Shown piece after piece: positions 47,865-55,512 of a DNA stretch of 64,000 bases. The position numbers and the translations under genes were made by a program. Location: NCBI GenBank assembly GCA_031459385.1, contig JAVKIP010000004.1:96001-160000 (forward strand). The letters are read 5' to 3'. A model generated the notes under the pieces. That model was not told the origin of the DNA, searched no databases, and saw nothing but the letters and a program-made list of their open reading frames with translations. Positions within the stretch are counted from its first letter, which is position 1, and every line of letters begins with the position of its first letter. Source of the stretch: Candidatus Fervidifonticultor secundus. Its GTDB lineage: Bacteria; Sysuimicrobiota; Sysuimicrobiia; Sysuimicrobiales; Humicultoraceae.

Positions 47865-49307
47865 GTGCCGGAAGCCACGCCACGGCGCCGGCGAACCGCG
47901 GTCCTGGTCCCGCGCCCGGAGCGCCCCACCCGGCATCCGCGACACCCGGCGGTGCCACGGGCTGGCGAGCGCCTCACCGTGCGCTTCACCGGCCTCACCA
48001 TCGACGGAGCCGCCATCGCCCGCGTGGGCCCGGCCACGGTTTCCGTGCCGTTCGGCGTGCCTGGCGAGGACGCCCTCGTCGAGGTGACGCGCGGCGGCCG
48101 CCGGGCAGAGGGCCGGCTGGTGGCGCTGCTGCGCAAGTCGGCCGACGTCACGCCGGCCCGCTGCCAGCACTTCGGACGCTGCGGAGGTTGCCAGTGGCAG
48201 CATCTGATCCCGGACGCCCAGCGCCGCCTCAAGACCCGGCTCGTCCGAGACTTCCTCAAGGAGCATGCCGGCCTGCGCCGCGACCTCGTGGCCGAGACGG
48301 TCGGCGGCGAGGCGTGGGCCTATCGCAGCGTGCTGCGTGCTACGGTCGCCACGCGGGAGGGCCGCGCCGTCGTCGGGTTCCACACTGCGGGTGGAACACG
48401 CGTCGTCGACGTGGCCGCCTGCCCGGTGCAGCACCCGGCCAACGAGGCGATCCTCCACGCCGTGCGTCGCGCGGTGCGCGGCCTGCGCTGGCCGCCGTAC
48501 GATCGCACGACGGGCCAGGGGCTCGTGCGCGGGGTGCTGGGGCTGGCGGCGTTCGCGACCGGCGAGGCGCTGCTGGTGGTCTCTACCGCTCGCGCGCTCC
48601 CCGATCCCACGGCGCTCGTGCACGCGCTCATCGACCGCGTCCCCGGGCTCGTGGGCATCCTGCACACGATCCAGCCTGCCCCGACCCTGGAGCTGCTGGG
48701 CAAGCGCGTACGGTTGCTCTGGGGCCGCGCCTACATCGAAGACGAGGTGGCTGGCTACCGGCTCCGCCTGCGGTCGGACGGCGATCTGCCGCCGAATCCG
48801 GGCGCGCTGCGGCTCCTGCTGGACGCCATCGTCCGCCTGGCGGCGCCCGGCCCGCGCGACGCCGTCCTCGACCTGCACGCCAGCACGCCCTTGCCGGCCC
48901 TGGCCCTGGCGGGTCAGGCGCAGGTGGCCACCGGCCTGGTGCCGGGCCGGCGGCTGCTGGAGGATTATCGCGCGGCTGCCGCGAGCAACGGCGTACCCAA
49001 TGCGGTCTTCGTCGCGGGCGACCCCGTGAGGTACCTGGCGCGCCTGACGGCCCGCGGCCGCACGCCGCAGGTCGTGCTCGCCGAGAGCCGCGGCGTGGGC
49101 CTCGAGCCGGCGCTGGTGGCCGCCGTGGCCGGCTGCGGGGTGCCGCGGGTGGTGAGCGTGACCCGCTCGCTGGCTGCCTGCGCGCACGATCTGGCCGCCT
49201 GGCAGCGCGCCGGCTACCGCGTGGAGCACCTCCAGCCCGTGGACCTCCTGCCGCACACGAGCCACGTGCACGTCGTCGCCAGCCTGCACCGGATCGCGCG
49301 CACCTGA
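47865..49307 (+). CDS. RlmD/TrmA-family homologue with degenerate catalytic domain
   Basis: TRAM N-terminus, CQHFGRCGGCQ and CPVQ Fe-S ligands, QPVDLLPHTSH C-terminus; SAM-binding and catalytic residues missing. Confidence 0.85.
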   Translation: MPEATPRRRRTAVLVPRPERPTRHPRHPAVPRAGERLTVRFTGLTIDGAAIARVGPATVSVPFGVPGEDALVEVTRGGRRAEGRLVALLRKSADVTPARCQHFGRCGGCQWQHLIPDAQRRLKTRLVRDFLKEHAGLRRDLVAETVGGEAWAYRSVLRATVATREGRAVVGFHTAGGTRVVDVAACPVQHPANEAILHAVRRAVRGLRWPPYDRTTGQGLVRGVLGLAAFATGEALLVVSTARALPDPTALVHALIDRVPGLVGILHTIQPAPTLELLGKRVRLLWGRAYIEDEVAGYRLRLRSDGDLPPNPGALRLLLDAIVRLAAPGPRDAVLDLHASTPLPALALAGQAQVATGLVPGRRLLEDYRAAAASNGVPNAVFVAGDPVRYLARLTARGRTPQVVLAESRGVGLEPALVAAVAGCGVPRVVSVTRSLAACAHDLAAWQRAGYRVEHLQPVDLLPHTSHVHVVASLHRIART

Positions 49308-49338
49308 GCGGGCGCGCGGCCCACGGATGGGCAGCCTG

Positions 49339-49347
49339 TGCTACAAT
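49339..49347 (+). promoter_or_regulatory. Extended -10 element of dnaE
   Basis: TG-C-TACAAT 13 nt before the ATG. Confidence 0.6.
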
Positions 49348-49360
49348 CTCCGGTGAGCCC

Positions 49361-52300
49361 ATGCCCGATGCCTTCGTCCACTGCCATCTGCACACCGAGT
49401 ACTCCCTGCTCGACGGTGCCGCGCGGATCGAGCCGCTCATCAAGGCGGCGGCGGCCATGGGCATGCCGGCGGTCGCCATCACCGATCACGGCGCGATGTA
49501 CGGCGCCATCGAGTTCTACCTCCAGGCGCGGGCGCACGGACTGAAACCCATCATCGGCGTGGAGGCCTACGTCGCTCCCCGCCGGCACACCGACCGCGAT
49601 CCGAAGCTGGACGCGGTCCCCGCACACCTGGTCCTGCTGGCCACCGACCTGCAGGGCTACCGCAACCTGCTGCGCCTGACGACGCACGCCCACCTCGACG
49701 GGTTCTACTACAAGCCGCGCATCGACCGCGAGCTGCTGGCGCGGCACCACCAGGGGCTGGTCGCCCTGTCGGGATGCCTGCAGGGCGAGGTGACGCGGGC
49801 GCTGCTGCGCGACGACTACCGGGCCGCCCGCGACGTTGCCGCTGCTTACCGCGAGATCTTCGGGCCCGAGCGCTTCTTCCTCGAGGTGCAGGATCACGGG
49901 TTGCCAGAGCAGCGGGTGAACATCCAGGGGATGCGGCGGCTGGCCGCCGAGCTGGGGCTCCCGCTGGTGGCCACCAACGACGTGCACTACGTCCGGCAGG
50001 ACGAGGCCGAAGCGCAGGACGCCCTGATGTGCATCCAGATGAACATCACCTTGGAGGCGACCGACAAGCCGCGGATGGGCGCGGTCCCCGAGTTCTACCT
50101 GAAGAGCCCCGAGGAGATGGCGCGCCGATTCGCCGAGCTGCCGGAAGCGCTGCGGGCGTCAGTGGAGATCGCCGAGCGGGTGCACCTGGAGCTGGAGCTG
50201 GGCCGGCCCAAGCTGCCCCACTTCCCCGTGCCGGAGGGCGAGACACCAGATGGGTACCTGCGGCGGTTGTGCGAGGAGGGCCTGCGGCGGGTCTACGGGC
50301 GGCCCACCCCGCAGGCGCAGGCGCGCCTGGACGACGAACTGCGCGTCATCGCCCAGATGGGATACGCCGCCTACTTCCTCATCGTCTGGGACTTCGTGAC
50401 GTTCGCCCGGCGCCGCGGCATCCTCACCACGGTCCGGGGGTCGGCGGCCGGCAGCCTGGTGCTCTACACCCTGGGCGTCACCGACGTCGATCCGCTCCAC
50501 TACCGGCTGCCGTTCGAGCGCTTCCTGAACCTGGAACGCTACACGATGCCGGACATCGACGTCGACTTCATGGACAGCCGCCGCGACGAGGTGATCCGCT
50601 ACGTGATCGACAAGTACGGCGCCGACCACGTGGCCCAGATCATCACCTTCGGCACCATGGGCGCGCGCCAGGCCGTGCGCGACATCGGCCGCGTCATGGG
50701 CCTGCCCTACGGCGACGTGGACCGGATCGCCAAGCTCATCCCGTTCAACGCCACGATCGACGAGGCCGAGCGGGCCGATCCCGAGCTGCGCCGCGCCGCC
50801 GACGAACACCCCCCCATCCGGCGGCTGCTGGAACTCGCGCGCCGGCTGGAAGGCGTGGCCCGGCACGCCAGCACCCACGCGGCCGGCGTCATCATCTCGC
50901 GCGACCCGCTCACGGAGCTGGTGCCCCTCCAGCGCGCGACCCGCGGCGATCTGGTGATGACCCAGTACGACATGGACGCCGTGGAGAGGATCGGGCTCCT
51001 CAAGATGGACTTCCTGGGGCTGTCGTACCTGACGATCCTCCACCGTGCGCTGAAGATCATCGAGCGTACCCGCGGAGTCGCCATAGACCTGAAGACCATC
51101 CCGCTGGACGATCGCGCGACGTTCGACCTCCTCTCCCGCGGCGACACGGTCGGGATCTTCCAGCTGGAAGGCGCGGGGATGACGCGGTACCTGAAGGAGC
51201 TCAAGCCGACCCGCATCGAGGACATCTTTGCCATGGTGGCCCTCTTCCGGCCGGGCCCCATGGCCAACATCCCGGCCTACATCCGCCGCAAGCACGGCGT
51301 CGAAGCCATCACGTACCTGCATCCGCTGATGGAGCCGGTGCTGGCCGATACCTACGGCGTGATGGTCTACCAGGAAGACGTCATGGCGGTCTGCCAGGCG
51401 GTCGCCGGCTTCACGCTGGCCGAGGCAGACGTCCTCTGCTACGCCATTCGCAAGAAGATCAAGGACCGTCTGGAAGCGCAGCGCGAGAAGTTCCTGGCCG
51501 GCTGCCGCCAGCAGGGGGTGTCCCGCAGGACTGCCGATCAGATCTGGGAGCAGTTCGAGCCGTTCGCGCGCTACGGGTTCAATCGGGCCCACGCCGCCTG
51601 CTACGGGCTGATCGCCTACCAGACCGCTTACCTGAAGGCGCACTACCCGGCCGAGTACATGGCCGCCGTCCTGGGCGTCGAGGCGCAGGGACAGGAGTGG
51701 ATGGCCAAGGTCGCCGGGGCTGTCGCCGAATGCCAGCGCATGGGCATTCCGGTGCTGCCGCCGGATATCAACGCATCCGCCGATACGTTCACCGTCGTGG
51801 GCGACACGGTCCGGTTCGGGCTCGCGGCGGTCAAGCACGTCGGCCAGGGCGCGGTGGAGGAGATCCTGCGGGCGCGGGCCGCGGGCGGACCGTTCCGCTC
51901 CCTGCCCGACCTCGTCGCGCGGGTGGATGGCCGGGTGGTCAACAAGCGCGTCCTGGAGAGCCTGATCAAGGCCGGCGCGTTCGACTCCCTGGGCCGGCCG
52001 CGGGCAGCGCTCTTGCAGGACCTGGACGGCGCCCTGAGCACCGGCCAGCGGCTGGCCAGGGGGCGGGCGGCTGCCCAGACCGGGTTGTTCGTGGACGCCG
52101 ACGGGGCCGGCGAGCCCGATGCCGTGTCGGCGGCTGTGGAGGAGTTCTCCAAGGCCGAACTGCTGGCCATGGAGAAGGACATGCTCGGGTTGTACATCTC
52201 TGACCACCCGCTGGCGGCCGTCCGGGAGCGGCTGGCGGCGCGCGTCTCGGCGACGATCGACCAGCTCGCGGAGCTGCGCGACCGCAGCGAGGTGGTCATC

Positions 52301-52819
52301 GGCGGGTTGATCACGGGACTGAAGCGGACCGCCACCCGGGCCGGCGCGGCCATGGCTTTCCTCACCCTGGAGGATCTCACCGGCAGCGTCGAGGTCATCG
52401 TGTTTCCCAAGACCTACGAGGCCGCCCACCTCCTGCTCAAGCGCGATGCCATCGTGCTCGTGCGTGGGCGGCTGGACGTGGCCGAGCAGGAGGCGAAGGT
52501 GCTGGCCGACGCGGTGCTGCCTCTCGATGACGCGCCGGGGGCCGCAGCCCCAGCGCCGGAGCCCGACGGCGGCGCCGAGGTGCTGCACGTCCTGCTCGAC
52601 GCGGACCGGCATGGGGAGGCGGGGATGCAGCGCCTGCGCGCGCTCCTCCAGCGGCACACCGGGGACCGCAAGGTGCTCCTGACCGTGCGCACGGCCGGCC
52701 GGGAGGTCCGCATGCAGGCAGGTGCCCTCGGCGTGGCCCCCGGGCCACGAGTCGTCCAGGCGATCGAGGCGCTGCTGGGACCCGACACTGCCCGGTGGGT
52801 GCCGGCCAGGCATGGCTGA
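49361..52819 (+). CDS. dnaE: DNA polymerase III alpha subunit
   Basis: PHP motifs HLHTEYSLLDG, ITDHG, ATNDVHY; RGSAAGSLV, PDIDVDF, KMDFLGL, YGFNRAH; C-terminal OB fold; no intein. Confidence 0.98.
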   Translation: MPDAFVHCHLHTEYSLLDGAARIEPLIKAAAAMGMPAVAITDHGAMYGAIEFYLQARAHGLKPIIGVEAYVAPRRHTDRDPKLDAVPAHLVLLATDLQGYRNLLRLTTHAHLDGFYYKPRIDRELLARHHQGLVALSGCLQGEVTRALLRDDYRAARDVAAAYREIFGPERFFLEVQDHGLPEQRVNIQGMRRLAAELGLPLVATNDVHYVRQDEAEAQDALMCIQMNITLEATDKPRMGAVPEFYLKSPEEMARRFAELPEALRASVEIAERVHLELELGRPKLPHFPVPEGETPDGYLRRLCEEGLRRVYGRPTPQAQARLDDELRVIAQMGYAAYFLIVWDFVTFARRRGILTTVRGSAAGSLVLYTLGVTDVDPLHYRLPFERFLNLERYTMPDIDVDFMDSRRDEVIRYVIDKYGADHVAQIITFGTMGARQAVRDIGRVMGLPYGDVDRIAKLIPFNATIDEAERADPELRRAADEHPPIRRLLELARRLEGVARHASTHAAGVIISRDPLTELVPLQRATRGDLVMTQYDMDAVERIGLLKMDFLGLSYLTILHRALKIIERTRGVAIDLKTIPLDDRATFDLLSRGDTVGIFQLEGAGMTRYLKELKPTRIEDIFAMVALFRPGPMANIPAYIRRKHGVEAITYLHPLMEPVLADTYGVMVYQEDVMAVCQAVAGFTLAEADVLCYAIRKKIKDRLEAQREKFLAGCRQQGVSRRTADQIWEQFEPFARYGFNRAHAACYGLIAYQTAYLKAHYPAEYMAAVLGVEAQGQEWMAKVAGAVAECQRMGIPVLPPDINASADTFTVVGDTVRFGLAAVKHVGQGAVEEILRARAAGGPFRSLPDLVARVDGRVVNKRVLESLIKAGAFDSLGRPRAALLQDLDGALSTGQRLARGRAAAQTGLFVDADGAGEPDAVSAAVEEFSKAELLAMEKDMLGLYISDHPLAAVRERLAARVSATIDQLAELRDRSEVVIGGLITGLKRTATRAGAAMAFLTLEDLTGSVEVIVFPKTYEAAHLLLKRDAIVLVRGRLDVAEQEAKVLADAVLPLDDAPGAAAPAPEPDGGAEVLHVLLDADRHGEAGMQRLRALLQRHTGDRKVLLTVRTAGREVRMQAGALGVAPGPRVVQAIEALLGPDTARWVPARHG

Positions 52820-53426
52820 GCCGCCTGCGACCATGGTCCCGACGCCCCTGGCGCCCTCGGCGCCATCGGGTAGGAAACGCTGGATCGCCGGCGCGCTGGT
52901 GGTCGGGGTCGCCGCGGTCGCCGCCTATCTCGCCGGCACGCGCAGCGTGCCCGTTCCGCGCGATGGCGCCCGGCTCCAGGAGGCGCCTGCCCGCCAGGCG
53001 GCGCCGGCATTCACCCTGCCCTCGCTCCGCGGGGGTCGCGAGATCGCGCTGCGCGACTTCCGCGGGCAGGTCGTGGTGCTGAACTTCTTCGCGTCGTGGT
53101 GCAAGCCGTGCGAGCTGGAGGCGGCCGACCTGCAGCGCACCTGGGAGGCGGTGCAGGGCCAGGGCGTCGTCCTGCTGGGGATCGCCATGCAGGACCGCTA
53201 TGACGATGCCCGGCAGTTCCTCGAGAAGCACGGCCTGACCTACCCGGCAGTCTTCGACCGCGACAACCGCGTCGCGGAGGCCTACCGGATCACGGGGATC
53301 CCGACCACGGTCTTCATCGACCCCACGGGCCGCATCGCCGGCCGCCACGTGGGCGTGTTCGTGGGCGACGAGGGTCGGGCCCGCCTGCGGGCGCGGATCG
53401 AGGCGGCCCGGCGGGGGGCGCCGTGA
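52812..53426 (+). CDS. TlpA/ResA-family membrane-anchored thiol-disulfide oxidoreductase
   Basis: APAFTL, VVVLNFFASWCKPC..E, GIPTTVFID. Confidence 0.92.
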   Translation: MAEPPATMVPTPLAPSAPSGRKRWIAGALVVGVAAVAAYLAGTRSVPVPRDGARLQEAPARQAAPAFTLPSLRGGREIALRDFRGQVVVLNFFASWCKPCELEAADLQRTWEAVQGQGVVLLGIAMQDRYDDARQFLEKHGLTYPAVFDRDNRVAEAYRITGIPTTVFIDPTGRIAGRHVGVFVGDEGRARLRARIEAARRGAP

Positions 53427-54148
53427 GGGGGACGGCGCGCGCCCGGGTCACCGGCCTCCAGCTCGTGGCCGCCGTCGTGCTGCTGGGGCTGGGGTTCCTG
53501 TTCGTGGTGCAGTTTCGCGCCGGGCGCCTGCTGAGTGCGCAGCCGGAAGTGCCCACGCGCAATATCTACGCCCTGGCCACGTTGCTCCAGCAGGAGCGCG
53601 CCGCCCGCGCCGCCATGGAGCGGCGGGCCGCAGAGCTCTCACAGCAGCTGGCGCAGTACGAGCGCGCCGCGGCCGCCGACAAGACGCTGGCCGCAGCCAT
53701 GAGCAGAGAGCTGGACCAGCTGCGGCTGCAGGCCGGCCTGCGGGCGATGCAGGGGCCGGGCGTGACCATCGTGGTGCAGGACGCGCCGCACAAGACGGCC
53801 GGGGCACCGGTGGTGGTCACCTATCACGACCTGGTGGCGGTCGTCAACGAGCTCTGGGCTGCGGGCGCGGAGGCCGTGGCCGTCAACGGCCAGCGGGTTA
53901 CCGCGATGACGGGGTTCGGCCAGGTCGGCGGCACCATCGTCGTCGACCTCCAGCGCCTCGTGGGACCCTTCACCATCGTGGCCCTCGGCGATCCGGCCAC
54001 GCTGGAGGGAGCGCTCACCATCCGCGGTGGGGTGGTGGAGGGGCTCCGCGCCCTGGGACTCTCCCTCACCATCACGCGCCACGGCACCGTGACCGTTCCC
54101 GCCCACCGTGGCGGCGTGAAGTTCGAGCATGCGCGGCCCGTCCCCTGA
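53423..54148 (+). CDS. DUF881 domain protein
   Basis: TM plus coiled coil, GPGVTI, DL..VVNELWAAGAEAVAVNGQRV. Confidence 0.9.
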   Translation: MRGTARARVTGLQLVAAVVLLGLGFLFVVQFRAGRLLSAQPEVPTRNIYALATLLQQERAARAAMERRAAELSQQLAQYERAAAADKTLAAAMSRELDQLRLQAGLRAMQGPGVTIVVQDAPHKTAGAPVVVTYHDLVAVVNELWAAGAEAVAVNGQRVTAMTGFGQVGGTIVVDLQRLVGPFTIVALGDPATLEGALTIRGGVVEGLRALGLSLTITRHGTVTVPAHRGGVKFEHARPVP

Positions 54149-55265
54149 CGGGGTCTACGACGTCGTCATCGCCGGCGCGTCGTTCGCGGGCCTGGCCGCC
54201 GCGCGGGCGCTCGCCTCCGGCACGAGCCCGGCGCAGGCGCGGGGCGCGGCTCGCGGGCACCGGGTGCTGCTGGTGGACGCGCGGCCGATCGGCGAGGGCG
54301 TGACCTCGGCCTGCGCCGCGCCGGTGCGGATCGTGCGGATGATGGGCGCCGAGGCGTCGATCGCGCAGGTGCACGACGCCCTCGTCATTCACACGCCCGG
54401 CGGCCGGACGCGCTGGCTCCTGCCCGAGCCCTTCTGCACCTTCGACTACCGGACGTTCTGCCGCTGTGCGGCCGCGGGGTGCACCGCTGAGGTGCGCGTC
54501 GCCATCGTGCGCGGCCACGAGGGCAGGCGGGTCCTGACGTCTGCCGGCGCAGTAGAGACCCGGTTCATGATCGACGCCACAGGGCCGCGCGCGGCCCTGG
54601 CGGGGCCGGGGCGGCCCCGGTACGTCGCCTTCGGGCTCGAGTCGGAGATCCCCCACGCCGTCGAACCCGGACTGCACTTCTACTTCGTGCCGGAACTCCC
54701 GGACGGCTACGCCTGGGCGTTTCCGGCCGGCCCGGTAACGCGCTTCGGCGTGCTCTCGTATCGCGGCCGCACCAAGCTGCTCCCGGCCCTGCGCCGGTTC
54801 ATGGACCGGTTCGGCGCGCAGCCGGGTGAGCTGCACGGCGGATATCTTGCCACGGGATGGACCGGCGGACTCGCCGGGGCCGTGTTCGCGATCGGGGACG
54901 CCGCCGGCCACTGCCTGCCGCTGTCCGGCGAAGGCATCCGCACCGCGGTGCTGGCCGGCTGGCGCTGCGGGGCGTTGCTCCGGCGGGTGCTCGACGGTGA
55001 CCGAACCGAAGCGCAGGCCCGGGATGCCTACCGGGCGTTCGTCGCGGCCGCACGCCGGCGCTATCGGGGGTTGCTGGTGGGGAACCTCCTGCTGCTGTGG
55101 GTGCCGCGGCGGACGCTGGCCCCTGCGGCGCGGTGGCTGGGGCGGCCGGGGGCGCGGCGGTGGTTCTTCAAGCACTACATGGGCATCTTCGATGAGGTGC
55201 CCTTCGCGGGCGAGGAGGAGGCGGTCGGCCGACCACAATCTGCCGCGTCGGTCCCGTGCCGATGA
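54129..55265 (+). CDS. FAD-dependent oxidoreductase (geranylgeranyl reductase-like)
   Basis: DVVIAGASFAGL, DATG, GYAWAFP, IGDAAGHCLPLSGEGI. Confidence 0.85.
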   Translation: MRGPSPDGVYDVVIAGASFAGLAAARALASGTSPAQARGAARGHRVLLVDARPIGEGVTSACAAPVRIVRMMGAEASIAQVHDALVIHTPGGRTRWLLPEPFCTFDYRTFCRCAAAGCTAEVRVAIVRGHEGRRVLTSAGAVETRFMIDATGPRAALAGPGRPRYVAFGLESEIPHAVEPGLHFYFVPELPDGYAWAFPAGPVTRFGVLSYRGRTKLLPALRRFMDRFGAQPGELHGGYLATGWTGGLAGAVFAIGDAAGHCLPLSGEGIRTAVLAGWRCGALLRRVLDGDRTEAQARDAYRAFVAAARRRYRGLLVGNLLLLWVPRRTLAPAARWLGRPGARRWFFKHYMGIFDEVPFAGEEEAVGRPQSAASVPCR

Positions 55266-55277
55266 CCTCCTGCAGCC

Positions 55278-55363
55278 TGGTGCCGGGGGCGGGATTTGAA
55301 CCCGCACGGGGTTTCCCCCATCGGCTTTTGAGGCCGACGTGTCTGCGATTCCACCACCCCGGC
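55278..55363 (-). tRNA. tRNA-Leu(CAA)
   Basis: GCCGGGG/CCCCGGC acceptor stem plus encoded ACCA, anticodon arm TCGGC-CTCAAAA-GCCGA, long variable arm, GGTTCAAATCC T-arm. Confidence 0.96.
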
Positions 55364-55388
55364 GAGCGCGTGTACCGATCCCGGAGCA

Positions 55389-55417
55389 ATCCTACGGTAT
55401 CGCCGACGCGAAATCAA
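55389..55417 (-). promoter_or_regulatory. Sigma70 promoter of tRNA-Leu
   Basis: Minus-strand TTGATT-N17-TAGGAT. Confidence 0.65.
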
Positions 55418-55512
55418 CGGCATCGGGCGCGTGTGCCCTCGATCCGTCCGCCGAGCGTGACGCGCCTCGACGCCCTCCGTGCCCGTGGCGTATCCTGGAG
55501 CATGGCCTGACG

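Noticed and set aside
48188..49360. Apparent long N-terminal extensions or fusions of dnaE, pcrA, guaA and lpxC in the ORF track
   Set aside because: They overlap upstream genes in other frames; family homology starts at the internal starts given.
49361..52819. Intein in dnaE (also checked pcrA and polA)
   Set aside because: Lengths and motif spacing are normal and no Hint blocks were seen.
55278..55363. tRNA-Leu as an integration site for an island or prophage
   Set aside because: No integrase, no duplicated tRNA 3' end that I could find, and ordinary genes on both sides.
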